A stretch of DNA of 59,218 bases from a virus (taxonomy: Duplodnaviria > Caudoviricetes): positions 1-59,218 of IMG/VR virus record IMGVR_UViG_3300033067_001963. One strand, 5' to 3'. The notes beneath the pieces were generated by a model, which was given only the letters and a program-made list of their open reading frames with translations, was not told the DNA's origin and did no database searches. The translations under genes and the position numbers were made by a program. Positions 26,349 to 36,533 of the stretch are shown here, one piece after another (the stretch's first letter is position 1; each line of letters starts with the position of its first letter).

Positions 26349-28205
26349 TCACCTTCCTACCGGGGCTGCTGGAACGCGCTTGTCCACACGGGCTTTGTCA
26401 GCCGGGCTCAACTGGTTGTAGGGGACGCCGAAGGCCCGCTGGGAGAGAGCATCCCGGGGATCCGTTGCGGGGGAAGGCCGCCCCCCAGTGGCTGGCCCCC
26501 TCTGCCCCCCTACCGGAACTGCCATGTCGATCTGGTTGACGATGTCCGGGATCCCCGACTCCGCCCGAGCAGTCGTCCCCGGAAGACCGCCGTAGATGAC
26601 CTGCCTCGCCGCCTTCTCGCTCTCATCGATGAGAGCCATGATCAGCTCTCGCTTCAGAGTCGCACTTTGCTTAGTGTCGTTCATGAACGGAGAGGGGAAG
26701 GCCCGTCGGACGCGGTCGATGTCTTGATTGGTCAAGACGCCGACCTCCCCGGCGAAGGCTTTGCTGATCCGACCGATGAAGCCATCCAGTTGATCAGCGA
26801 ACGTCTTGAACTCCGGGCCGGCACTCGTTGCGCGGCCCAGTTCCGCCTTGCTTCGCTGCATCAGGACATCCCAAGTCGTGTTCATGTACCCGGCTAGCCC
26901 GGGGTCCTTGGACACGTTCACCGTGATTAGCTTATCCGCCCGGTCGAGCGCGGTCATCGCCAGCTGCTTGGCCGGTTGGATGCTGGCAAGCGCCTCTCTA
27001 TGCTTGGCGGGTACCTCGACGATGCCCAGACGGATTCCCATCTGCTTCGGCATGTCTGCCGGGGGCGGCTGATCCGTGCGTGGGTCGAGGTACTTGTTGC
27101 GCTCCAGGCCGAACGGCTGAGCCATCTCGCCTTGGTAGCGCCCCATCGAGTACGCTTTCGCCGACGCTTCCTTGTTCCCTTGGATACGCCGGTCCACTTC
27201 GGCCGCGAAGGCAGGAGTCCCTGGCTGCGGAGCACGGGGGTCTGATCGAGCAGCGGCTTGCAGCTCATTCCGGATCGCTGCCACCTGACTATTGATGGTA
27301 GCGGCCTGGATCGCCGAGGAGAGCTGCTCAGGTGCCATAGGCGCCCCAGATAGCCGTGCCCGCAGAGCTTCCGCGCCGATAGCTTGAAGATTCACATTCG
27401 AGCTGCCCAAGTACCGCGCGATCTGCAAGTTCTCAAGGTACGCTTGCTCATAGCCTGGGCTCCCGGGTTCATGCCCTTCTTGTGCTGTCATCAACCGGGC
27501 ACGCCGTTCAGTCTCGGTTCCAACACCCATCCGAGGGCTCGCCAGACGAGTCGTGAGCTTCCCTCCCTGGAGGGTGTAAGAGGGCTCCAGCTTGCTGGCC
27601 CCCTCTGGCAGCCCCCTCATCAGCTCCCGCTGCATCTCCGCCGCGGCCTGCCCCTCCTGGAGGGTGTCCAGCAGCTTCCGATCCCCCATCCGCGCCCGTG
27701 CCAGCGCCGTACGCTCCACGGTGCTCATGTCCCCCGGCACCGTCATCTGCTGGTCCGCGCCGCGGGCCTGCTCGTAAGCCTGCGCCACATTCTGACCCTG
27801 CTGCTCTGCCAGCGCCCGCTTCCGTTCCTCCGCCATCGCCGCCCGCACCTCGGGCCACAGCGGATGCTTGGGCGACAGCGAGGGAATCTGCGTCCCCCGC
27901 CGACTCGGATTCATGACGTAGTCCGCGGCCTCCTGCTCCTTCGTGGTGGCTCGCTGGAAGACGCCCATCAGTCCCGGGTCCGGGACGGGCAGCCCCGTGG
28001 CCTGCAACACCGCGGGGGCATCCTCCCGGTACTCGCCGATGATGTCCCGCGTGAGGCCCAGCCGGCGGAACTGCTCCTGCGAGGCGGCCTGCTCCGCCAG
28101 CCGCCGCTCACGCTCCACAGCCAGCTTCTGCTTCTCCCAGTCGTTCATCAGGCCCATGCCCGTGGAGAAGCCGGTGACTGCCGCGCTGATGTCTTCCAGT
28201 GCCAT
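26349..28205 (-). CDS. Putative internal virion/ejection protein
   Basis: Helical, A/Q/E/R-rich; GVLTNQDI motif; context. Confidence 0.65.
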   Translation of the reverse strand: MALEDISAAVTGFSTGMGLMNDWEKQKLAVERERRLAEQAASQEQFRRLGLTRDIIGEYREDAPAVLQATGLPVPDPGLMGVFQRATTKEQEAADYVMNPSRRGTQIPSLSPKHPLWPEVRAAMAEERKRALAEQQGQNVAQAYEQARGADQQMTVPGDMSTVERTALARARMGDRKLLDTLQEGQAAAEMQRELMRGLPEGASKLEPSYTLQGGKLTTRLASPRMGVGTETERRARLMTAQEGHEPGSPGYEQAYLENLQIARYLGSSNVNLQAIGAEALRARLSGAPMAPEQLSSAIQAATINSQVAAIRNELQAAARSDPRAPQPGTPAFAAEVDRRIQGNKEASAKAYSMGRYQGEMAQPFGLERNKYLDPRTDQPPPADMPKQMGIRLGIVEVPAKHREALASIQPAKQLAMTALDRADKLITVNVSKDPGLAGYMNTTWDVLMQRSKAELGRATSAGPEFKTFADQLDGFIGRISKAFAGEVGVLTNQDIDRVRRAFPSPFMNDTKQSATLKRELIMALIDESEKAARQVIYGGLPGTTARAESGIPDIVNQIDMAVPVGGQRGPATGGRPSPATDPRDALSQRAFGVPYNQLSPADKARVDKRVPAAPVGR

Positions 28206-28214
28206 GCGTGCCCC

Positions 28215-29190
28215 CTACGCCATCCGCTTCCGCTGCTGCTGCGCATCCGGCCAGCGGGCGACCATGCTGCCCAGCAGCCCACCGGCCTGCAGCAGTCCCT
28301 GGTTGCGCTGCCGATCCGCCTGCGCGGACTGCGCCGCTAGCCCCCCCAGCGTGCTGAGCGTCTGGTTGCTGGGTCCGTACGAGCTCGTGAGGAGCTGCCC
28401 GCCCGTGGACATCAACTGATTGATCGCACTGGTGTACATGCCCTGCACCTTCTGCTGCGCGTTGCCCATCGCATTCTGGAAGGCCGTGCTCGAGGCAGCC
28501 TGTGGGCCAAAGGCACGCCGCAGCTCCGCCTCCGTGCGCCCCAGGTACTCCTGCCCCTGTCGGTACTCATTGGGGATGGCCGTTGCGAGGTCTCCGCTCT
28601 GCGCGGCCTGGATGCGCTGGGCTAGCACCTGGCGGTAGGGACCCAGCATCGCCTCCTGCTCCCGCTGCTGCTTGAGGGCCATCTCCGTGGCCTGCCGCTG
28701 CGCCGCGCTCCCCTTGTTGGAGCTGATGAGACCAGCGCCCATCAGGCCGAGGGAGCCAAGGGCGCCGAGGGTGCGTAGTGGGCCCGCTTGCTTGACCCCC
28801 TCTGCGGTCTCCTTGCCCAGCCCCTTGGCGTAGTCCCGGATGGGCTCCCACCAGTTCTTGGCCGCCGGCACATCCATGCCCCCCGTGGAGTAGTCCGCTG
28901 GGATGGCGCTGGCGTCGGCGCGGAAGCCGCTGCCGGACAGATCGGGCATGGCACCGGCGGACGGAGCCAGCGTCATCAGACCACCCCCCTCGGGGAGCTG
29001 GTTGAAATCGCGTGAACTCGGGGACGAACTGCCCACCGAGATCCGGGAGGGAGTCGAAGCTCTGAGCATCGAACCCAGCGGGGGAGTAGGAGAAGTTGGA
29101 CATGTCCACGTTCCCGAAGTCATAGTCCTGCTGGAACTCCGGAGAGTAGTAGTACGAGTCGTTGAGAACGTCCATCAAGTCATACGCCAC
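28215..29190 (-). CDS. Putative DNA pilot/ejection protein with an apparent frameshift near 29015
   Basis: GGAGG plus GTG at 29190 gives MAYDLMDVL... in one frame; the GC3-rich coding continues in the 28215 frame (LGALGSLGLMGAGL, Q-rich helices). ATG at 28976 is an alternative start. Confidence 0.6.
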
Positions 29191-29202
29191 ACATCACCTC
29201 CA

Positions 29203-30468
29203 TCACACGTTGTCCGAGTACGAGGGCTGCCAGCTGGCGTACGCCTGCTCCTGCTGAGCCCGCTGTGCCTGCCGCTCCGCCTCGAGTTGCTGCATCCGGC
29301 CCACGCGCTCCTGCCACGCCTGCTGGGCTCCCGGGTTGATCTGCACAGGCGACGCCGCCTCCTTACCCCGTCCGATCGGTGCCAGCGCATCCAGCATGCG
29401 CCGCCATGTCTCAGCGCCCGCGCTGTCCCCTGGCCCGGCGCTGTGCGGATTACCGCTCCACGTGACCACCTCCGCGAGATTGGTGCCCGGCGTGTACTGC
29501 TCCGCGGGGAAGTACCCCATCTGGCTGAGGGCGCCCGCCAGGCCCACGTACTCGGGCTTGGGCTCGAAGCCCAGCAGCCGGGTGAAGTGGTAGGGATCCT
29601 CCCAGCCCTGGTGCCCGGCCAGCGTGTCCCGCACCATGCCGTACAGCACATCACCGTAGCGGGCCGCACCCCCGGGCGTGGGCTGGTCCAGGAGGGCCCG
29701 CAGATCCTGCTGGGTCTTCACCTGGCCCAGGCCCTCGGCGAGGGGCTTGAGCACACCCACGCTATCCTTGCGGCGCTGTGTCTCCCGGCGCAGGCGGTCG
29801 TAGCGGTCGTTGAAGAGCTTGTCGCCCATCACACCCGCTTGCAGAAGCAGGCCGATGGGGGCCGCCGGCGTGAAGGCGAGGACGCCGCTGGCGATGTCCA
29901 CGGCCGCCTCCCCCTCGTTACCCCCCTCTGCGAGCTTGAGGGCGCCGCTGCCGATGCCCAGGAGCCCGCTGGCCGCACCGGCACCCTTGCTAAGCGCGGA
30001 TGCCCCCGCCAGCCCCGAGACGCCCTGGGTTGTCTGGGACAGTCCTTTGGCCGCGCCCAGCGCCTTGGCGGCGTCCGAGCCCTGCCCGCTAAGGGCCAGG
30101 TAGGTGTTGAGGGGGCCCAGCACGGAGTTGAGCCCCTGGCCCAGGGTGTTGACCGCCCCGCGAGCCTCGCTGCCCTCAGATGTGAACATGCGACCCAGGC
30201 CGACGCCGAAGCCTACCTGGCCCCCACGCTGGGCCACATCGCCCAGCATGGCCCGGGTCTCGTCGTACTCGGGGCTAGGCGGGCCCCCGAAGTCGGACCC
30301 CCCAACCTGCCCACCTGACGCCCGGCCCCCACCACCCGGGACGGCTGCTGCGGGAATCGTCGTCAGCGTCCCCAGCCCCCCGCCTGGCCCCGCCGACTCG
30401 CCCTGCCGCAAGAGCCCGCTAGAGCGTCCGTAGGGCACGTAGGCGCTACCTGTGAAGCGGGTGGCCAT
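29203..30468 (-). CDS. Putative internal virion/ejection protein
   Basis: Gly/Ala-rich hydrophobic segments; context. Confidence 0.6.
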   Translation of the reverse strand: MATRFTGSAYVPYGRSSGLLRQGESAGPGGGLGTLTTIPAAAVPGGGGRASGGQVGGSDFGGPPSPEYDETRAMLGDVAQRGGQVGFGVGLGRMFTSEGSEARGAVNTLGQGLNSVLGPLNTYLALSGQGSDAAKALGAAKGLSQTTQGVSGLAGASALSKGAGAASGLLGIGSGALKLAEGGNEGEAAVDIASGVLAFTPAAPIGLLLQAGVMGDKLFNDRYDRLRRETQRRKDSVGVLKPLAEGLGQVKTQQDLRALLDQPTPGGAARYGDVLYGMVRDTLAGHQGWEDPYHFTRLLGFEPKPEYVGLAGALSQMGYFPAEQYTPGTNLAEVVTWSGNPHSAGPGDSAGAETWRRMLDALAPIGRGKEAASPVQINPGAQQAWQERVGRMQQLEAERQAQRAQQEQAYASWQPSYSDNV

Positions 30469-30470
30469 CT

Positions 30471-30707
30471 CTACCCTCCCCCCCTCGGTAGAACGTGCTG
30501 GTGCTGCTGATTTTGGCTCTGACGGGCCTTCTCCAGCTCAAGGGTGAGCTTGGCGATGGCCTCAGCCACCTGAGCCTCCCCGCGGGCCCGGCTGACCTGC
30601 AACTGCTCCACCAGCACCCTGAGCGCCCGCAGCTCAACCTCGTCGCACGCGGCGGCGGCGAGGGGGGCTGCCAGCGCCAAGATGGCGCCCGCGACCACGG
30701 CCCGCAT
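30471..30707 (-). CDS. Small protein with signal/TM leader and coiled coil
   Basis: MRAVVAGAILALAAPLAAAAC followed by heptads. Confidence 0.55.
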   Translation of the reverse strand: MRAVVAGAILALAAPLAAAACDEVELRALRVLVEQLQVSRARGEAQVAEAIAKLTLELEKARQSQNQQHQHVLPRGGG

Positions 30708-31852
30708 CACAGCGTCCTCTGGAAGGCGATCACGTCGTAGACACCCGCCGTAGGCGCCGCCGTCGACCCCGTGGGGTTGCAGAAGGTGAGGGCCAGCGTG
30801 TCGTTGGCCGACACCCGCGCACTGGCCAGCCCTATGCTGTTGGACGGGGCTGACTGGGAGCTGACGATAACGGTGTCCTTGGCTGCCAAGAGTCCACTCA
30901 CCGTGAAGGTCTGCTCCGCACACGTCACGGTCGTCACGTTCACGGGCGTCAGCGAGGGCTGGTACACGGTGATCTTGTAGATGGGGGAACCACTGGTACC
31001 AATCGTGACCCCCGACCCCGCCCCCGTCGTGTAGACCATGCCACTGGTGTCGATGGCAAACTTGGTCGACGAGTTCTCCTGCACCGAGAAGATGCGGCTG
31101 GCCGCCGCCCGCGCCGTGGCCAACACGTTAACCAGCAGCCCCTGGAAGGTAACTGCTCCGTCGTTCCACGTCTGCGTGATGCTCACCCCCGGCGCATTGG
31201 CCGTGATCGTGCCCGCTGCGAAGAGGGACGTAGTGCCCGTCAGCGATCCCAGCTGTGTGGTGGCCCCCGCCTTGGTGACCTTCCACTGGCTCGTGCTCGC
31301 CTTCTGCAGGTCCATCAGCAGGGACGCCGCATTCGACGCCGTGTCCGTCACATCCAGCTTGATCCCCGTGAAGGTGACCCCAGCGTTGCTCCACGTGGCC
31401 GTGCCGCTGAAGTTCTTCACATCCGTCGTGATCGTGCCCAGCGTGGACGTGATGGCCCCCGTGAAGGTGCCCCCACTCAGCGAGCACGCCTCCGTGTGCG
31501 TGTACCAGTGTGTCCGATTGCACAGTGCCTTCAGCACGTAGCGCAGCCGCTCCAACTCCCCCGCCAGCGTCGTGGGCAGGGATACCGCCGCACCAGGATA
31601 CGGATCCGTCACGGTCTGCATCTGCGCGGCGTTGGCTGAGTAGTCATCCACGCACGTGGCAATCATGTTCGTCGTGGCAACCTTCACGAAGTCCGCGTTG
31701 TAGTCCGCATGCGTCACCGTGTCGCCCGCCGAGTACGTGCGCCGTGGCGTGCACGGCCCCGCTGCCTCGCTCACTACCGCGCCAGCAAGCGAGAACGCCG
31801 CTGCCAGCCCCAGGATCCACTTTCTGTTCAACACGCTACCTCCTCGTGCCAA
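30707..31852 (-). CDS. Tail fibre-like protein
   Basis: T/A/S/G-rich; TWxxxxVTFxG module present twice; follows the nozzle gene. Confidence 0.65.
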   Translation of the reverse strand: MARGGSVLNRKWILGLAAAFSLAGAVVSEAAGPCTPRRTYSAGDTVTHADYNADFVKVATTNMIATCVDDYSANAAQMQTVTDPYPGAAVSLPTTLAGELERLRYVLKALCNRTHWYTHTEACSLSGGTFTGAITSTLGTITTDVKNFSGTATWSNAGVTFTGIKLDVTDTASNAASLLMDLQKASTSQWKVTKAGATTQLGSLTGTTSLFAAGTITANAPGVSITQTWNDGAVTFQGLLVNVLATARAAASRIFSVQENSSTKFAIDTSGMVYTTGAGSGVTIGTSGSPIYKITVYQPSLTPVNVTTVTCAEQTFTVSGLLAAKDTVIVSSQSAPSNSIGLASARVSANDTLALTFCNPTGSTAAPTAGVYDVIAFQRTL

Positions 31853-33449
31853 TCACATCGAACTCCGCCCACATCTGCGAGATGCGGGGATTCTCGTTCA
31901 ACCCCTCGTGCTCCAGCTTCACAGCGAAGTAGTTCCCCTGCCCAGCGATCTGCTTACTGCGCTTGCGCAGCGCTGTCCCTTCGAAGGTGAAGGGGAAGAC
32001 CAGCGGGAAGGTAGACCCACTCGTCCCCGTCGTCGTCCCCGTGCTCGACTGGTTGTACGCAATCGGCCCGTACGCCTTCCCGTCCAGGTAGTACGTGACG
32101 TTGACGTTGAAGTTCCCCGTGGCCACGTACTCCATGTGGAGCTGCCGGAAGTTCTTCAACCCAGCGTACCGAGCGTCCAGATCGCGGAAGTCCGTGGGTG
32201 CACTCACCAGTGACAGCGTGTACGCCACCGAGTCCACGTTCCGGTCCGTCTGGTCCAGCTTCCAGAGCTGCCCATCCGCATCCCCGATGACGGGGCGGGC
32301 CACCAAGCTGGAATCCAGCTCCGTCCAGATCGACTCCGCCTCGTCCTTCGTGGACACGTGCACGCGCGTGCGCTGCTCGTTGAAGTCGATGATCATGCGC
32401 CGGTCGTTCTGCAACGCCCCCTTGGTGGCGTACAGCACGTGCAACTGCTTCTTGCTGTCGTACCACCTCAACTGACTGTACTTGAGCCGGGACAGCTCGA
32501 AGTTCTCGTCGATGTACGTGCGCAGGTTCAGCGCCCGCGTGAGGTCCAGGAAGCTGACACCTAGGTTGGTGCCGCCCGTCTCCTGCATGAGCACGATCTG
32601 CCCCGTGCTGGTGATGAAAGCGACGGCGCTGTCCTCGACGGGGGCTAGGCCGTGCGGCGTGAGTGGGCAACCGTACAGAGAGCTGGCGAGCTGGGGGTAC
32701 CAGAAGACTTCATCGCTGGCCGAGTCGTTGATGGCGTACACACCCACTGGATACTTCCACACGAAGAGGCGGCCGAAGGCGTTGCGTGCGGCCACGCAGA
32801 TCTGCGAGGTGTTGTCGTCCGAGGAGCGCACGGCCAGCGTGGCAATCTCCCCCGTGGCCCCCACACCGGGAGTCCACACGAAGTCCTCGTGATCCGTGAA
32901 GCTGGAGAAGTACAGCAAGTCGGGGTTGGACTTCACGCCACCCGCCCCGAGTTGGGTCCCACGGAAGATGAAGCCGAAGAGGGGCTGGTTGGTGCCCGTC
33001 CAGTCCGCTGCGGGCTGCGTGATCGTCGCCACCGTCGCCCCGTCCGCCGCCAGCACCTTCACGGGACTCGAGCCGGTGAAGATGAAGAGCTTCCTGGCGT
33101 TGCCACCGGCCTCCTGCCCGCCCTGCACGAAGTAGGCGCTGGGGTCGAGGGTGAGGCCCGTCGTCAGCGTCGTGGCGAAGGCGCCGGACATGTCATCCTT
33201 CTTGACAGTGCCGTTGTCCAGCACGACCACGCGCCGCTGGGTGGTCACCGTGGGCCACCACTCAGTGCCCGCGCGGATCGGGGAACCCAGTGCCGACCCC
33301 ACCTTGACGGACCCCCCCTCCTTGTTCAGGAGGTTGCCGTCGCTCAGATCCACGTTGTCCGCCCGGATCAGATCGCCTGTCACCTGCAGCGAGGGATTCT
33401 GCTGGCTCGTGAGGCCCCTGTTGGCTATCAGGAGAGGCACAAGGGCCAT
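31836..33449 (-). CDS. Tail nozzle/stabilisation protein (P22 gp10 / tail tubular B-like)
   Basis: 537-aa beta-propeller-like sequence, LYFSSFTDHEDF, follows the adaptor. Confidence 0.7.
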   Translation of the reverse strand: MALVPLLIANRGLTSQQNPSLQVTGDLIRADNVDLSDGNLLNKEGGSVKVGSALGSPIRAGTEWWPTVTTQRRVVVLDNGTVKKDDMSGAFATTLTTGLTLDPSAYFVQGGQEAGGNARKLFIFTGSSPVKVLAADGATVATITQPAADWTGTNQPLFGFIFRGTQLGAGGVKSNPDLLYFSSFTDHEDFVWTPGVGATGEIATLAVRSSDDNTSQICVAARNAFGRLFVWKYPVGVYAINDSASDEVFWYPQLASSLYGCPLTPHGLAPVEDSAVAFITSTGQIVLMQETGGTNLGVSFLDLTRALNLRTYIDENFELSRLKYSQLRWYDSKKQLHVLYATKGALQNDRRMIIDFNEQRTRVHVSTKDEAESIWTELDSSLVARPVIGDADGQLWKLDQTDRNVDSVAYTLSLVSAPTDFRDLDARYAGLKNFRQLHMEYVATGNFNVNVTYYLDGKAYGPIAYNQSSTGTTTGTSGSTFPLVFPFTFEGTALRKRSKQIAGQGNYFAVKLEHEGLNENPRISQMWAEFDVIGTRR

Positions 33450-33464
33450 CGCCCGTATCCCCCC

Positions 33465-34358
33465 CTAGCCCATGATCCGGTGGCCACGAGGGACGAAGCT
33501 ACGGGGCTTCTGAAGGCTTACCTCGCTGCCCCTCATGTCCCGCATCAGATCCGCCAGCTCCTCCCGCGTCCGGGCCAGCCTCGCGTCCGACTTGTCCGTG
33601 TACAACTCGGCCAGCATGGCCAGCGCCAGCGCCCGCCGCCACTGCCGCGGGATGATGGGCGTGTCCGTCGCCGCCGCCCCGCTGAAGTCCAGCGGCGTGG
33701 GCCGGTAGTTGTACGACAGCTCGTACAGCTGCGGGCACTCGGGCCACGGTGCGAGGCGGATCTTGTTCTCCCCCACGAAGGCCGCGTACTGCGTCTCCGC
33801 CCACGTCACCCGGTTGATGTTGCGCGGGAACATGTAGCGCAGCTCGCCCTCGGGGATGGTGATGACGTTGGACCCCGTCTCCAGCTCCCGTAGATCGGGG
33901 TAGGCGAGGATGTCCGTCGCCGGCACGTACTCATCCTGGAAGATCACGCAGCTCCCCGAGGTCTCATCGCCCGAGTACGTGGTGACGAGGTGCAGCTCGT
34001 GCGTGCCCGCCACGTGCGCGTTGATGCGGTGCGGGATGGCCTCCGCCACGAACATGAACTTCCAGTTAGCCTTGCTGTTCAGGATGAGCCCGTTCAGGCG
34101 GATCACGTTGCCGGCCACCGAGGTGACGGACGCCGTGGTGATCGCCGGCAGCGTGGTGAATTGCACGGGGGGCTGCTTCCGCGCCCACGCCCAGCGCCGG
34201 TGCCCGCACAGCTTCCAGTAGGCCTGGTTGATGCCTAGCTTCACATCCAGGTAGTGATCGGCGCCGCTAGCCGCCGACGAGGTGTCCGTGGGGAGGATGT
34301 CCCCACCCCGGCGGAGCACGTGCGTCAGGATGTCCAGGCCGGTGTCGAGCTCAGCCAC
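33465..34358 (-). CDS. Head-tail adaptor (tail tubular A-like)
   Basis: INQAY..LC...WAW, IRLAPWP, DTPIIPRQW..AL. Confidence 0.7.
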   Translation of the reverse strand: MAELDTGLDILTHVLRRGGDILPTDTSSAASGADHYLDVKLGINQAYWKLCGHRRWAWARKQPPVQFTTLPAITTASVTSVAGNVIRLNGLILNSKANWKFMFVAEAIPHRINAHVAGTHELHLVTTYSGDETSGSCVIFQDEYVPATDILAYPDLRELETGSNVITIPEGELRYMFPRNINRVTWAETQYAAFVGENKIRLAPWPECPQLYELSYNYRPTPLDFSGAAATDTPIIPRQWRRALALAMLAELYTDKSDARLARTREELADLMRDMRGSEVSLQKPRSFVPRGHRIMG

Positions 34359-34359
34359 G

Positions 34360-34557
34360 CTAACCCCTCCGTCTGCGGCGACTCAGCGCTACTTTGAGCA
34401 GAGTGCCAACCGCCGGCAGGGCCCCCGTTGACGTGAAGGCGAACTCGCCATGCTCGGTGATGGGCAGCACGCCCACCTCCCCGTGCTCCGTCACCCACAG
34501 GGACGCTGTGCCAATGTTGGCCGCCTTCCCCTCCTTGGTGAACACCGGGTTAGCCAT
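34360..34557 (-). CDS. Small protein with Arg-rich C-terminus
   Basis: Abuts neighbours; ends in RRRRRG. Confidence 0.5.
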   Translation of the reverse strand: MANPVFTKEGKAANIGTASLWVTEHGEVGVLPITEHGEFAFTSTGALPAVGTLLKVALSRRRRRG

Positions 34558-34801
34558 CCTGCTTCACCTCGCTGCGGCACTCAGCCACGAACGCCACGAT
34601 CTGATCCCACAGCTCGTCTGGGATGCCAGCGGCGGCTACCTCGGGGTGGATCACCCACGCGCCGTCGTTGCTCATGCCCGCCACCACAAGGGGTTCGCCC
34701 GTGCGCTGGTCCTTCACCGTGGGGTGCGTGAAGCGAGGACGAGCAGCCTCCAGCTCGCGCGCCAGCTCTAGCGTCCGGGCTCTCTGCTCGGCGGCGGTCA
34801 T
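34550..34801 (-). CDS. Hypothetical protein
   Basis: Overlapping start and stop in the operon. Confidence 0.55.
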   Translation of the reverse strand: MTAAEQRARTLELARELEAARPRFTHPTVKDQRTGEPLVVAGMSNDGAWVIHPEVAAAGIPDELWDQIVAFVAECRSEVKQDG

Positions 34802-35085
34802 GGGGCCACCGTGGCGTACTTGTCGCGGATGGCCTTGAGGATGGCCTCTTCGCCGGGCGTGACCTGATCGGCGATGACGTCAGGGAGACCGGTCACTCTA
34901 GCGCGGCGGGCCCGTTCCCAGGCGAGAGCTGCCTGACCGGCTACGAAATCCAGGTACTGGTCGGCGGTCACCGTCAGAGGCGTGGGAGGTGGCACCATCG
35001 CGGCGCGGCGGGCGTTCTCGATCGCCACGGCGTCGGCGAGGCCGGATTCCTGGCGCGGGTTCAAGGTGACGGTGTGTGCGGCCAT
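34798..35085 (-). CDS. Hypothetical protein (possible fibre chaperone)
   Basis: GGAG RBS; directly after the fibre gene. Confidence 0.55.
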   Translation of the reverse strand: MAAHTVTLNPRQESGLADAVAIENARRAAMVPPPTPLTVTADQYLDFVAGQAALAWERARRARVTGLPDVIADQVTPGEEAILKAIRDKYATVAP

Positions 35086-35095
35086 CTCTTCTCTC

Positions 35096-36097
35096 CTAGG
35101 TGATGGTTACGGTCTTGGTGGCGCCGCTGACGCGGATCTTGAGGTTGGTGCCGTCGAACCACACGTCACCGTCTACTGGCGAAGTCGGCGCGGTGGAAGA
35201 GGCGAGGTTGATCTGTGACTTGGCGGTCGTGCCTGCGGCGATGGTCGCGAATGAGGTAGCGGTAGCCGCGCCACCGATACCAAGGTTGAGCGCCTCCAGG
35301 TTCGTGTACGCGCTGTCGTCGGCGAGACGGACCTGGAGAGTGGTGGTTGAGCGTTTGAGGGCCGGGAAGGAAGATGTCTGCCCACTGAATTGATAGATCG
35401 AAGTGCCGGAGTTGAGAAGAATCGGATTACTAGTAGAGGTAAGAAATAAAGTCGTCCCGGCCAGTACCTCTAACGCTCGCGGCACGCCTGTCCCCGCGTT
35501 TTCGCCGTAAAGGTAGAACCTGTTTGAGGACCATTTAAGAGAGCAGCGTTCGTAGTTCGAAGCGTCCGTGTAGGTGTTATACAGGGAGAATTGTTGGGCG
35601 TTGGTGGAGTTCCTCAGCGCGAGGGTGTTCGCGGCGTCGCGGAGGAGAAATACGTCGGAGCCAGTCGTCGCTGTACCTACCGCAGCGACCCAACTACAAC
35701 CCACAGCAAAAGCGGCAAGACCGGTGTTGAGATCCGCTGATAGAAAACGCTGACCGGACTGGCTCTGGAGTATTGGAAACCCAGTGTTTGTGGCGAAGAT
35801 CATACCGCCCGAGGGATTTCCAGTACCGCCGCCAGTGGACACGAAGGATCCTAAATTGGCAGCATCGCCAACCGTTACCGCGCCAACCTTGGACCCCTTT
35901 ATTACTGAAGTCCCGCCCACAGAAAAGTCGAATAGCAGAGATGCAGCGGCACTTGCCGTATCCGTCGCGTTGAACTTCATCCCCGTGAACGTCACCCCGG
36001 CCGCGTTCCAGGTCTGGGTGAATGAGAACGGCTTGCTGACCGCCAGAGTGCCCGCGTTCACCACCCGGCTGCGGCTGCTGAAGTCCAGGCTATGCAC
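35096..36097 (-). CDS. Tail fibre-like protein
   Basis: T/S/G/A-rich; shares modules with 30707 and 45600; lower-GC centre. Confidence 0.7.
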   Translation of the reverse strand: MHSLDFSSRSRVVNAGTLAVSKPFSFTQTWNAAGVTFTGMKFNATDTASAAASLLFDFSVGGTSVIKGSKVGAVTVGDAANLGSFVSTGGGTGNPSGGMIFATNTGFPILQSQSGQRFLSADLNTGLAAFAVGCSWVAAVGTATTGSDVFLLRDAANTLALRNSTNAQQFSLYNTYTDASNYERCSLKWSSNRFYLYGENAGTGVPRALEVLAGTTLFLTSTSNPILLNSGTSIYQFSGQTSSFPALKRSTTTLQVRLADDSAYTNLEALNLGIGGAATATSFATIAAGTTAKSQINLASSTAPTSPVDGDVWFDGTNLKIRVSGATKTVTIT

Positions 36098-36126
36098 GGT
36101 TCACGCTCCCCCGCCCCAGCGCACAG

Positions 36127-36420
36127 CTAGACATGCGTCGTGATCCCCTCGGCGGAGATGATGATGCTGCCCCCGCTGACGTTCTTCACCCGATACCGCT
36201 TGGCGTTCGTGCAGTGCAGCGCCAGGTTCGTCTCCACGCCCGTGCCCACCAGGCTCGCTGGCCCAGCGTCGTTCGTGCCGTCGTAGGCGTACAGCTCGCA
36301 CGAGCCCGCGTGCGCGATGTTGTTCACCGATACCTCCACGGTGCCGCTCGGCTGCAGATCCAGGAAGGCGTTGTTCGCCACGCTGCTCGGTCCGAACCAA
36401 AGGGTGTCGCCTACTGCCAT
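36127..36420 (-). CDS. Small virion-type beta protein
   Basis: GGAGG RBS; structural operon. Confidence 0.6.
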   Translation of the reverse strand: MAVGDTLWFGPSSVANNAFLDLQPSGTVEVSVNNIAHAGSCELYAYDGTNDAGPASLVGTGVETNLALHCTNAKRYRVKNVSGGSIIISAEGITTHV

Positions 36421-36533
36421 CTCGTTCCTCCTGCGGATCGCTTCCTGAGGCCCCTAGGAGCCCCGTAGAGCCACTCTAGCTGATTCCCCGTACCTACCCC
36501 CTGCCACACTCGCTTACGCCTCTTCCCAGCCGA

